Notes under the pieces: generated by a model | The model's database searches: none | Told to the model about the DNA's origin: nothing | The model's input: the letters and a program-made list of their open reading frames with translations, nothing else | Part shown: positions 1-8,693 of the stretch, piece by piece | Position numbering within the stretch: the stretch's first letter is position 1 | Layout: each line of letters begins with the position of its first letter | DNA from: a virus | Taxonomy: Duplodnaviria; Caudoviricetes | Strand: one strand, 5' to 3' | Length of the DNA: 53,298 bases | IMG/VR virus record: IMGVR_UViG_3300044675_003062 | Coordinates: 1-53,298 of that record | Position numbers and translations under genes: made by a program

Positions 1-126
1 GCTCCAGCCCTGACGGATCGGAGCGCCCGTATAGGCGACGATCCTGAATTTCTTGCCAGCCGGTGCCGAATCGCCTTCGGCTGCTTGCAGAAACTCGACG
101 CCTGAATCCAACTTGATTGCGTTCAT
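1..126 (-). CDS. N-terminus of a probable prohead protease/major head protein (runs off the window edge)
   Basis: ATG at 126 overlaps the portal stop (ATGA). Translates MNAIKLDSGVEFLQAAEGDSAPAGKKFRIVAYTGAPIRQGWS; position directly after a lambda-type portal. Confidence 0.55.
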   Translation of the reverse strand, partial: MNAIKLDSGVEFLQAAEGDSAPAGKKFRIVAYTGAPIRQGWS

Positions 127-1571
127 TTGTCGAATACCTCATCAGCTTGTTCAGGTGTTGAGCCGGGATAGTTGCCATCCGGCTGGAGATCGACGAACAA
201 TCCGAGTTCTTTCATCAGCGCCACTTCAGCGGCACGCTGTCGCAGTTCGACATCCCACTGCTTGCCAGCCTTGGCGTACTCACTCGCCAGCGTCGTCGTG
301 TGCGTTCGCAGGCGTGTCTCTGCGGCGTTGGCTTCCTTTGCGGGATCGACGTGTTCCTTGCCGTCCCACTGCCACGACCAATCCCACTCTGAGAACGGCG
401 GGATGCCTTCGGGCAGAACACCGGCAAGCGTGGCTTCGTTGACCCATGCGGCAAGCACACGGTCGAGCATCACTCGCTCAAGATCGTCACGCATGACGCG
501 GCGATGAGCCTCGACCGTTTGACCGTCAAGCCGGGCTGACGAGTAGTTGTAGTCCTCGCTCGACAGCCGGGCGACGTTGCCAGGGCACTGCAAGCAGCGG
601 GCAATCTCGTTCAAGACTTCCTTCTTGAACTCGCGGTACGTGCTCGTCGGCTGCTCGGCCTTCAACTGCTCAAACGTCCAACCGTCTGGCAGCGTGACCA
701 TCGTTCTTTTTTCGATGGGCATCTCGGCAAACGCTTCGACTTCGTCCACCTCGGCGGCAGGCGAGTTCGTCCGCAGGAAGCCAGCAAAGTCGGCTGCACT
801 CTCAGCCGCAGCAATCACCGCTTCGGTGTACCGCCGCAGTTGTGCGAACAGCTTCAAAGCCGGTGCCACTTCCGGCAGGCCACGGTGTTGACCAGGCCGA
901 ATGGGCCGGAACCAGTGAATCATCTGGGCAGCAGGCACGCGCTGAAATTGCAGAGTGTTGACGCGGAAATTACTGCCAGGATGGAAGTTCAAAACTTGAT
1001 AGGCGACGACGTTGCCGACAGCGTCAAACTCCATGCCGTCAACCGTCGAGCCGTCAGGCGTAATCGTCTCGCTCATGAGTTCCGTAGGCGTGGCGACCAT
1101 CTCGGCTTCGACAAGCCGCAGGTCAAGCTGCACGCCCGGCAGGCGAGGGTTGGAAATCATCAGCGCGAACGCTTCGCCGTCCACGACGAGAGCCTCACGC
1201 ATCGTCCGCAGCTTCGCCGGCAAGTCGATCTGCCAGCCCCAATCGAAGAACGCACGCTCCACCAAGCGGGACGACTCGTCGTCGCCAAACTGCAACTGAA
1301 GGCGTGGACCCGTGCCAACTAGGTCGTTGGCAAGCGTTGCCGACATGCCAGCCAGATAGCTGTTGCTGGTCCGCTCGTAGCGAGCACGGTTCCGCATTGT
1401 GCGGCGTGCCATAGGCGAGAGCGACGCATCAGCCGAGAAGGCGTCGGCGTTCTGCCAGTGGCGGTAATCGTCGCCCCGCTCGGCAGCATCAAACTTGGCA
1501 CGGACACGCACTGGCACCGCCGCAGGCTGCGGCCTGTTCCCACGCGAAAACAGGTTGCCAAGCAGTCCCAC
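123..1571 (-). CDS. Phage portal protein, lambda family
   Basis: 482 aa with lambda gpB-like motifs: RNRARYE, VGTGPRLQ, VDGEAF, RPGQHRGLP, YNYSSARLD, HVDPAKEANA. Confidence 0.9.
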   Translation of the reverse strand: MGLLGNLFSRGNRPQPAAVPVRVRAKFDAAERGDDYRHWQNADAFSADASLSPMARRTMRNRARYERTSNSYLAGMSATLANDLVGTGPRLQLQFGDDESSRLVERAFFDWGWQIDLPAKLRTMREALVVDGEAFALMISNPRLPGVQLDLRLVEAEMVATPTELMSETITPDGSTVDGMEFDAVGNVVAYQVLNFHPGSNFRVNTLQFQRVPAAQMIHWFRPIRPGQHRGLPEVAPALKLFAQLRRYTEAVIAAAESAADFAGFLRTNSPAAEVDEVEAFAEMPIEKRTMVTLPDGWTFEQLKAEQPTSTYREFKKEVLNEIARCLQCPGNVARLSSEDYNYSSARLDGQTVEAHRRVMRDDLERVMLDRVLAAWVNEATLAGVLPEGIPPFSEWDWSWQWDGKEHVDPAKEANAAETRLRTHTTTLASEYAKAGKQWDVELRQRAAEVALMKELGLFVDLQPDGNYPGSTPEQADEVFDK

Positions 1572-1781
1572 TTAGATCGTCCCCGGAGGGATCAGCTTGT
1601 TGAACCGCAGTCCACGCCGCGTATTGCTGACGGTGCCCGTGGCGGCGTTCTTGCCAGCCAGGTACTTGTCAGCCTCAATCATTGAGGCGACATCCTGTGC
1701 CTCAACTTCGCCGGCGTCGGTACGCACCCTCTTCGGGCCGGATGCAACATCAGCGATCTTGTCGCGCAGTTCGTCGCTCAT
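1572..1781 (-). CDS. gpW-like head completion/head-tail joining protein
   Basis: 69 aa (MSDELRDK...GPKRVRTDAGEVE) immediately upstream of a lambda-type portal, the gpW position. Confidence 0.6.
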   Translation of the reverse strand: MSDELRDKIADVASGPKRVRTDAGEVEAQDVASMIEADKYLAGKNAATGTVSNTRRGLRFNKLIPPGTI

Positions 1782-1829
1782 GCGAGCAACGCTACGGGAG
1801 ATCACCCGCGAATCAGACCGGGTATGCCG

Positions 1830-2246
1830 TCAGACTTCCGCCCAATCCGCACCGCGACGCTCGAAGAGAACGACGTCGGTAAAGCCACGCTTGCGGGCTA
1901 TGCCTGCGGTGAACGGCGAGAACACGGCAAGCGGCTTGTCAGCGATGAGCACGCCCACGGACAACAGGAACGACGTGAGCGTTGTCGCCTTGCCAGTGTT
2001 GCGGTAGCGTTCCTCGACGTACTGCTCAAGAGTCTGCATCCCACGCCAGACGTGCGAGCACGCCCAGGCGATCATGGCACCGTCAGCGTGCCACACGGCG
2101 ACCGGCGTGCAGCTGCTTGCGTCACCCTCAAGCACCTGGGCAACCTCAAGCTGAAACTCGCTGCCCTGCTTCGTCAGCCGCGAGCGGATGGCAAGCATGT
2201 CCCGAGGCTCTAGACCGTCGATGGTTGCGAGGGTGATTTGATTCAT
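1830..2246 (-). CDS. GNAT-like acetyltransferase
   Basis: Motif-A-like YVEERYRNTGKAT; 138 aa from ATG 2246. Confidence 0.5.
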   Translation of the reverse strand: MNQITLATIDGLEPRDMLAIRSRLTKQGSEFQLEVAQVLEGDASSCTPVAVWHADGAMIAWACSHVWRGMQTLEQYVEERYRNTGKATTLTSFLLSVGVLIADKPLAVFSPFTAGIARKRGFTDVVLFERRGADWAEV

Positions 2247-2247
2247 T

Positions 2248-2967
2248 TCAGTTCCCGCAGTAGCCTTCGCACTCGTCCTGAAATCCGCTGAACAAGTGCC
2301 GCTGCCCACTCTTCTCGTCGGCTGGCCGCAGGTCTACTTGGTCAAGCGGGACGCACGCCTTGTGCAGATACCGATGAGAGTCCGGCCCTGTTCCAGTGCG
2401 GCACACCTTGTCGATATGCACGGCACGATCCCAGCCTGCGGAATCTTCATCCCGCAGACGCCTCCACTCAGCGTCAGACTTGAACGGGCAAAACACGCAC
2501 GCAGACCGTGGCACTTCGTAAGGCAGTCGCGCCTTGAGGTATGCAACGCATTCAGAGCGTGTCATCTCCATTTCCCAAAGCGGGAAGTGAACTCGCCAAT
2601 TTGATGGCTTGGCAAGAAACCGTTGCCTGACGCGAATCACCCGCTTCGGTTCGTCGTAAGACAGGCCCATGTACTGATGAACGATGGTTTCCTTGGGAAG
2701 CGGCCTGCCGAACTGCCCTCCGCACAGTTCTCTGATGAGACGCTCTATCGGCTTGACCTTGAAGTCTGCCGTGCATTGCCGCTGAATGATTCCCTTGTCT
2801 CCGGTCTGCGGGTTGAGCGTGTAGGCAGGGATGGAAATAAAGTGCCCGCCGTCCGTTCGCTTGTTGCCGTTCACGTCGCTTCCACGTTCCAAGGCGTCTC
2901 CGAGCCTGCCTGCCGTCGTGACGATTATCGGCGGGCCGCCAAGCGTCTTGAGGTACTCAAGGTGCTT
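2248..2967. repeat. Direct repeat copy 1 (matches 52579-53298, offset 50,331)
   Basis: 2302-2967 matches 52633-53298 with only two mismatches seen by eye (2384/52715, 2887/53218). The first 54 nt differ at 11 positions. Confidence 0.95.
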
Positions 2968-3123
2968 GTAGACTTCCTCTGGCTCTTCTTGAACGTCGGC
3001 GAAGATGGCCGCGTCAAACTTCGGCACCTCTGGCTCGTCGCCGTCGATGCTCATCAGGTACAGCGCCGTGGACTGAACGCCAGCACCGAGGTTAAGGAAA
3101 TGATGCTCAGGCATTGACTGCAT
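2248..3123 (-). CDS. PAPS-reductase/PP-loop-like protein, copy 1
   Basis: N-terminal NLGAGVQST PP-loop-like motif, IFAD, RQCTADFK, FPL, SACVFCPF and C-terminal CEGYCG. Confidence 0.7.
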   Translation of the reverse strand: MQSMPEHHFLNLGAGVQSTALYLMSIDGDEPEVPKFDAAIFADVQEEPEEVYKHLEYLKTLGGPPIIVTTAGRLGDALERGSDVNGNKRTDGGHFISIPAYTLNPQTGDKGIIQRQCTADFKVKPIERLIRELCGGQFGRPLPKETIVHQYMGLSYDEPKRVIRVRQRFLAKPSNWRVHFPLWEMEMTRSECVAYLKARLPYEVPRSACVFCPFKSDAEWRRLRDEDSAGWDRAVHIDKVCRTGTGPDSHRYLHKACVPLDQVDLRPADEKSGQRHLFSGFQDECEGYCGN

Positions 3124-3439
3124 TCCTTGCTTTCAGATATTCCGCAATCCGTTCGCGGAGAGTGTCGTTGTGAACCGCTAGGTGCTCCAGATACTTGCGG
3201 CCATTCGGCTGCGTGTCTGCCTCGGCCAGCGTCATGCCGACGAACCGCCCGAACTTGAATCGGAACTCGGTCGTGTCACGCTGCGTGGCTGGCTCTGCTG
3301 CCAGACGCTTTGGTGCCTTGCACCATTCCATCGCCCCGCAGAAGCAGCACTCGGCAAGCACTTCGCCCCTCCGTTCGTCGATAGCGTCGTGAACCGACGC
3401 CCCGCAGCGGTCGCACGTTAGGTGGCCGTTGAGTCTCAT
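3107..3439 (-). CDS. Zn-ribbon protein with a C-terminal FxFGR/K domain (DUF3820/ExoX C-terminal-like)
   Basis: CDRC...CCFC, then FKFGRFVGMTLAE...YLEHL; ATG 3439 overlaps the upstream stop. Confidence 0.55.
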   Translation of the reverse strand: MRLNGHLTCDRCGASVHDAIDERRGEVLAECCFCGAMEWCKAPKRLAAEPATQRDTTEFRFKFGRFVGMTLAEADTQPNGRKYLEHLAVHNDTLRERIAEYLKARNAVNA

Positions 3440-3789
3440 GCCAATGCCCGCAGGATGCTTGTGAGTTTCGCTTCGCTTTCTATGGCGAACGAAGCACATT
3501 GCCGCAGGCGAATCGCGTCGTCGCGTAACGTCTCGTCTGCTGCGAACCTTGTCCACCTGTCAATCGCCTCAACGTAGATCGGGCATCCCAACCGCTTCGC
3601 GTGTTCGATTGCTAGTTCGCGCTGCGGCAGTGGCCCTCCTGACCCGCTGGCAATGTCAACGTAGACGCCAAGCACACCGGCCCTATCTGCTTTAGCACGA
3701 TGCTGACAGGTCTCGATCTGACGCACGATGCCATGCCCCCAGGATTGCGTCCGCGAACTGACCCTTGCATAAATCACACACCTTGCCAT
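3436..3789 (-). CDS. Stand-alone serine recombinase (resolvase) catalytic domain
   Basis: VIYARVSS with the catalytic Ser, DIASGS and VEAIDRWTR; only 117 aa. Confidence 0.7.
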   Translation of the reverse strand: MARCVIYARVSSRTQSWGHGIVRQIETCQHRAKADRAGVLGVYVDIASGSGGPLPQRELAIEHAKRLGCPIYVEAIDRWTRFAADETLRDDAIRLRQCASFAIESEAKLTSILRALA

Positions 3790-5435
3790 CACAGCACCTC
3801 CATGCGTGGCGCACCCTGCCGCCCCTCGTTTATCACAAATAGATTCCGCCTCGTTCGCGTCACTGCGACGTAGGCAATACGGCATTCCTCGTCGTGCTGC
3901 ACGGCGTCCTCGTCAGCCTGCTCGACGCGGCGGCTCGTCGTCGTCAGCAGTGCCACGTTGTCAGCCTCCGCACCTTTCACCGAATGAATCGTGCCGACCC
4001 GTACCTTAGGCTCCGCTGCAAGCTCCGCTCCCCACTTGTCTGCCTGCCGTCGCCACTCCGCTCCGCGGTCAACCAAGGCAACCCACTGGCCGGAAGCGAT
4101 AGCGGCTTGCAGCATCTCGGTCGCACCGACGTCCTCAAGCTCGTTCGGAAAAATCAAATCCCACGCCGCCACCGTCTCGGGTTTCTTCCAAGCCGTCTTG
4201 GTGCCGCGTGCGATGACTGTCTCCTTCTCGCGGTTCTTCTGCGGGAGCAGCTCCAACGCCCGGCTCCACTGCACGCCCGTCACCGGCTCGCCTTTCTCCA
4301 AGGCGTAGAGAGCCTGCAGGCCAAGCGACCGGGATGTTGGCCCATCTGTGCTGCTCGTCCACTTAGCGGGCTTGCCTTGCAACGCCATCTCGGAGAACAG
4401 ACGGTTGGCTTGGTAGTTCGTGCGGGCGATCAGCAGCCAGTCCTCGCGAGGGTCAACGCGGTGAATGGCGTCCTCGATGGTGCCCAGTTCCGTGATGCTG
4501 CCCGCGTGGTCTGCCGGGGCGATCTTCCGGTCGAAGTATCCGGTGTGCATTCGCCGCAAGCACTTCTCGCCTAGCTCAAGGATCGGGGCAGGGCAGCGGT
4601 AGCTCTTTGGCATCGTCCGCTTCTTGACCGCGTCCCACGCAAGGAAGCACTCGCTGGTCGATCCAGCGAAGCCGTAGATAGCCTGGAACGGGTCGCCCAC
4701 GACGTAGCACCACTTGACTGTCGGTGCCGATGTGAGCCGCTTGCACGCCGCGTCGAGCAGCGGGCTGGCATCCTGCTGCTCGTCGAAAAGCCACGCCGAT
4801 ACCTCGGGCAAGTCGCCCTCTGGCGTGCGGTGGAACACGCCCTCGGTCGGGCTGACGCCCACCCCTGCAAACCTCATGAGCATGTCGGTGAAATCCATGC
4901 GGTCATCGAGACGCTTTTTCGTCTCAAAGCGTTCGGCTATCCGAACAATCGCCGCATAGTCTGGCACCGAGTCATCGACGCGGCGTGCCCGTCGCACCAC
5001 ATCGTCCAGCGGCTGAAGCGACGAGCGGCACAGCGACCAGCAATTCAATGCCGCCGCTACGGTGGGGTCGCCGATGTAGCTCTGCCGCCCTGAGTCGTCG
5101 TCCAGTTGCGTGCCCAGCTTCACACCGAGAGCCTCCGAAAGCCACTCGATGTCGGCCTGCTTCTCAGACAGCAACGCCCCTGCGGAAACGCCGAGGCAGC
5201 GGTACGCGGTGCTGTGAACGGTGCGGAACCAGCCCCGCACAGCCAGCAGGCTTTCGTCCACGCCCCACGCCTTCGCCGCCCGCGTCACGGCCTCGGCTCT
5301 CGCTGCCCGCGTGAAGGATGCGAAGCCCAGCTTGAGCGGGTCGCCGCCCAAAGACTCCAACGCGGCTTCCATGATCCGCAGCAACTCGGTCGTCTTGCCT
5401 GTCCCGGCACCGCCGATCAGTTGGGCAATTTGCAT
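3789..5435 (-). CDS. UvrD/Rep-like SF1 helicase
   Basis: GGAGTGKTT Walker A, FTRAA, RTVHS, FDEQQD, VGDPFQAIYGF, SYRCP, GTIHSVKGAEAD, AYVAVTRTR. Confidence 0.9.
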   Translation of the reverse strand: MQIAQLIGGAGTGKTTELLRIMEAALESLGGDPLKLGFASFTRAARAEAVTRAAKAWGVDESLLAVRGWFRTVHSTAYRCLGVSAGALLSEKQADIEWLSEALGVKLGTQLDDDSGRQSYIGDPTVAAALNCWSLCRSSLQPLDDVVRRARRVDDSVPDYAAIVRIAERFETKKRLDDRMDFTDMLMRFAGVGVSPTEGVFHRTPEGDLPEVSAWLFDEQQDASPLLDAACKRLTSAPTVKWCYVVGDPFQAIYGFAGSTSECFLAWDAVKKRTMPKSYRCPAPILELGEKCLRRMHTGYFDRKIAPADHAGSITELGTIEDAIHRVDPREDWLLIARTNYQANRLFSEMALQGKPAKWTSSTDGPTSRSLGLQALYALEKGEPVTGVQWSRALELLPQKNREKETVIARGTKTAWKKPETVAAWDLIFPNELEDVGATEMLQAAIASGQWVALVDRGAEWRRQADKWGAELAAEPKVRVGTIHSVKGAEADNVALLTTTSRRVEQADEDAVQHDEECRIAYVAVTRTRRNLFVINEGRQGAPRMEVL

Positions 5436-5651
5436 ATTATAGGGAGCCTTTTTTGAAGGTGCCGAACACAAAAAGGCGGGCCGACCCCCTGCCTTCGAAG
5501 GAACCAGATCGTATAAAACCATTCTCCAGCGGTTTTTCTCGGCAGCGTTTGCCCTTTGTTTCGTAGAGCGAAACGCTCCTTGCCGAGAAAACCGACCTCT
5601 TGCGAACCTCAAACGGGCACACTGTTTTTCGCCTATATAACAGGGAGGATT
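5436..5651. repeat. Non-coding ~200-bp element, copy A (candidate origin/regulatory element)
   Basis: Intergenic between prim-pol and helicase. Blocks AAAACCATT, TTTTCTCGG, CTTGCGAACCTCAAA and TTCGCCTATATA recur colinearly at 15054-15177. Confidence 0.75.
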
Positions 5652-7358
5652 TCAAGCCCGGTCGGACTCGTTCGCCAGACGGTCGAGGGCAGCGAACTCT
5701 GCCTTGCCCCAGACGACGTAGCTTTTCCGCGTTCCGCCGAGGTGCCGGAACTCGGAATGCGTGAAGTCTTTGACCTCGTCGCCAACCAAAGAGAGCAGCC
5801 GCCGCTTGAATGCCAGCCGCTCGCCCTCGTTGACCCTGTGCTGCCGTTCGATGTCCTCCCAGACTTTCCCCCACGCGAACCACAGCGTGCCGTCCTGACG
5901 CCACGCAGCGCGTCCTGTGGGGTCTGGGATGTCATCGTCGCTCGGCTGGGAAGCCTGGGCCAGCCGGTCATAGAGCCAACCGGCCAGAAGCACATACCGC
6001 AGGCTAGATGCTCCCGGCCATTCGTGCGTCACGTCGTCCAGCAGCTTGGCCTTCACGCCCCGTGCCGTCCGCTTCTTGGGGTTCTGGCTGCTCTTGTTGT
6101 CCTGCACTTTGTAGCCGCCGTCCCAGATTCGTTTCCAGCGGGCTGGCTCGTCGTCGAGCATGACTACCCCGGTCGCGGCCAGCACCGCCGCCGCCACCTT
6201 GGCTGCGGAGCGGTATTGGTCAACCGTCAGCGAGACGTTCCCGGTGCCGCTCGGCGTCCACTTCTTCCAAGCAGGAACGTGCAGCCGGTACTCAAGCGGG
6301 TCGCTGTGGACAACGGTGAGTTGCCATTCGCCCGGCCCCCACTCGGGATCGGAGTCGGAGTCTGGCACCAGCGGGGCGAAGCTCAAACCGATCTCGGTGA
6401 ACACCTTGGTGGCAGACGGTGCCTTGCTCGCCTTCTTGGCCTCGGCCACCGCCTGCGGCTGCTCGTCTGCCTGCTGGATGGCTGCGGCTTGATCCATGCC
6501 GCTGGCCCGCGTCTTGCGGACGAACGAAATGGCCGAGCGGAAGATCGCCACCACCTCGTCGTCAGCCATCGGCGGCTTGCACTGCAGAGTGTTGACCATC
6601 CTGACCTTCACCAAGAGGTCTTGCTGCTCTAGCTCGTCGTCGAGGTTCGGGCCGCTGCGGAACGCTTCGCGGATAGCAAACCGCCGCACCTCTTCGTTCC
6701 GCTCGCCAGACTTCACCGGCTGCTGGAGAACCAGCCGCGACGGCTTCCGCCCCGTGCCGACTCGCTGCCCGGTGCCGTCGTCGTTCCAGAGCAGATTGAC
6801 CAGCCGCTCGGGGAGAGGCTGTAGCTCCACGTCCTCGGGTGTCATGCCCGGCACCCACTCGTATAGCTTGCCCGTGTGGTGCGTGCTGGGCGGGATGACC
6901 GACTGCGCCGCGTTGCCGCCGTTGCCGATCCGCACCTCGATGCCCAGCACCTTTCGCACCGCGACGGCTGGCAGTTCTTCCGACCAGCGGAACAGCCGGT
7001 GCGGCCCGCGTCCTGCGGTGTAGGTTGGCGTCCAGATTTCTCCCAGCCCCAAGTCGTTCCACGCCTTGATCGCTTCAGGCCCGTCAAGCTCAACGTCAAC
7101 GACGCCGCTTCGCGGGCCAAGTAGCAGGCCGATATTGAGGGGCTTGCCAGCGTCGAACCACGACAGCACCTCGTCCTCGTCGCTCGTCGTGCGTAGCTGC
7201 CACTGATCGCCGACCGGGTGCTTACCCGGTGTCGCACAGTCGCGGCCCTTCCAGCAAGTGCAGACAGCCGGTTCGCTGACACCCCATAGCTTGACGATCT
7301 GCCAGCCGCGCGAGGCATACGCCGCAGCCAGTTGTCCAATACCTGTAGCCATTGCCAT
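5652..7358 (-). CDS. Bifunctional DNA primase/polymerase (Prim-Pol) with PriCT-like region
   Basis: CTCWKGRDCATPGKHP, NIGLLLG, VVDVELD, TAGRGPHRLF, SVIPPSTHHTGKLYEW, GERN...CKPPM. Confidence 0.85.
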   Translation of the reverse strand: MAMATGIGQLAAAYASRGWQIVKLWGVSEPAVCTCWKGRDCATPGKHPVGDQWQLRTTSDEDEVLSWFDAGKPLNIGLLLGPRSGVVDVELDGPEAIKAWNDLGLGEIWTPTYTAGRGPHRLFRWSEELPAVAVRKVLGIEVRIGNGGNAAQSVIPPSTHHTGKLYEWVPGMTPEDVELQPLPERLVNLLWNDDGTGQRVGTGRKPSRLVLQQPVKSGERNEEVRRFAIREAFRSGPNLDDELEQQDLLVKVRMVNTLQCKPPMADDEVVAIFRSAISFVRKTRASGMDQAAAIQQADEQPQAVAEAKKASKAPSATKVFTEIGLSFAPLVPDSDSDPEWGPGEWQLTVVHSDPLEYRLHVPAWKKWTPSGTGNVSLTVDQYRSAAKVAAAVLAATGVVMLDDEPARWKRIWDGGYKVQDNKSSQNPKKRTARGVKAKLLDDVTHEWPGASSLRYVLLAGWLYDRLAQASQPSDDDIPDPTGRAAWRQDGTLWFAWGKVWEDIERQHRVNEGERLAFKRRLLSLVGDEVKDFTHSEFRHLGGTRKSYVVWGKAEFAALDRLANESDRA

Positions 7359-7377
7359 CAGTCCTCCGTGTGCGGTG

Positions 7378-7421
7378 AAAAGAAAAGCCGGGGCGGTATG
7401 GTTCCACCGCACCGCCCCGGC
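7378..7421 (-). terminator. Intrinsic terminator (minus strand)
   Basis: 11-bp stem GCCGGGGCGGT/ACCGCCCCGGC followed on the minus strand by TTTTCTTTT. Confidence 0.6.
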
Positions 7422-7440
7422 GAAGAGCATCCCTGCCGTA

Positions 7441-8214
7441 CTAGGCATCCTGCCCAGCGTCAAACGTCGTCGCGATCCGCGTGAGCGGGTCGGTGTAGAG
7501 GCTCTTGATGACGAGTCCCTCTTCGCGGCTGATCGTGCCGATGAGTTCCGGCACGATCTGCGAGTAGTCGATGCCGCCCTTACTCGCCACCTTCTGCAGC
7601 GTCAGCGAGACGTTGACCCGAAAGTGTGCGACCTTCAGCCGCTTCACGAACGGGCAAACCGTCGCGAGCGATCCGGCCCCGACTGACAGCAGCACAGGCC
7701 ACGCTTCGCCCGGCTGGAGAATCGCAAGCGTGCGAGACTCCTTGATCCGCCGACCGACGCCGCCCTTGCCGCTGCCCCAGCCAAACGGCGAACCCTCCTT
7801 GCCCATCGCCTCCCAATCGTAGGTGCGGTCGCCGATGCGAAACGCAGCCAACTGCTCGGGGTCAATGTCGCCCAGCGAGTCGTTGGTGCGAATCGCCGTC
7901 TTGAGGTCATAGCTCGTCAGCACCGGACGCTGCCCCTTCGTGGGGTTGTCGCTGCCCCACAGTTGCCCGATAGGGGCGTAGTAGACAAGCAGGCCAGTGA
8001 TCGCCTTGCACTCCACTTCCACGCCGTCGCCGTTGACGTACTGCCACGTCCGACCGCCGCCCGCAGGGGTCTTAATGCGAATCAAGTCGCTGACTTGAAT
8101 CGTCTCGCCCGTCGCGAGATTGGCCTGCATCGCTTCCTTGAAATCACTGTCGCCGTGCAGGGCAAGAAATCCGGCTGCTGGCTCCAGCACTGCAATGTCA
8201 TTCTTCTTGGTCAT
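7441..8214 (-). CDS. Phage replication-module protein, possibly ssDNA-binding
   Basis: 257-aa ORF with RIKTPAGGG and a beta-rich C-terminus; lies between helicase and primase genes. Function inferred from position. Confidence 0.5.
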   Translation of the reverse strand: MTKKNDIAVLEPAAGFLALHGDSDFKEAMQANLATGETIQVSDLIRIKTPAGGGRTWQYVNGDGVEVECKAITGLLVYYAPIGQLWGSDNPTKGQRPVLTSYDLKTAIRTNDSLGDIDPEQLAAFRIGDRTYDWEAMGKEGSPFGWGSGKGGVGRRIKESRTLAILQPGEAWPVLLSVGAGSLATVCPFVKRLKVAHFRVNVSLTLQKVASKGGIDYSQIVPELIGTISREEGLVIKSLYTDPLTRIATTFDAGQDA

Positions 8215-8252
8215 GTCGATCCGTCCTTTCAGAAGTTCAGAATCCTAAACAA

Positions 8253-8693
8253 TCAAGCCACAGTTCGACTACGCAGCCGAACCTCCACAAATTGCCCAAC
8301 CAATCCTTCAAACCGCGTGCCCTTGACCGCATCCTCTAGCGGGCAGTCTTTCTCCTTTGCACGCTCGACCAACCACGCCTTCACCGTCGCCGGATTCAGC
8401 GTCACAGCGTCCTCAAGCTTTTCAGCTTTCGCGGCCTTGATGAGTTCCTCGCGGTTTGCACCGGCCAGGGACAACCTCAACGCCTCGTCGATCCACCACG
8501 TCTTGCCAGCAACTCGGCACCCGTCGAGGCCGCTCAGTCCAAGCTGCTCCGCAGCCTGCGACTCAAGTTCTTCAAGCTCCTTGTCCATCGCTTTCAACTT
8601 CCCCGCGACAACGTCGCGTGCAGTCTGCTGCTCGACCAGCCGTGCCAGCAGGGCGGAAAGCCCTTCCGGCGGGGCCAGTTCTTCGACACTCAT
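8253..8693 (-). CDS. Hypothetical coiled-coil phage protein
   Basis: 146 aa from ATG 8693, which overlaps the SNF2 stop; N-terminal coiled coil. Confidence 0.6.
   Translation of the reverse strand: MSVEELAPPEGLSALLARLVEQQTARDVVAGKLKAMDKELEELESQAAEQLGLSGLDGCRVAGKTWWIDEALRLSLAGANREELIKAAKAEKLEDAVTLNPATVKAWLVERAKEKDCPLEDAVKGTRFEGLVGQFVEVRLRSRTVA

Noticed and set aside
5436-5612. N-terminal extension of the UvrD helicase to TTG 5612
   Set aside because: Walker A lies a few residues after Met 5435, and the extension coincides with the duplicated non-coding element; not fully excluded because Met 5435 lacks an obvious RBS.
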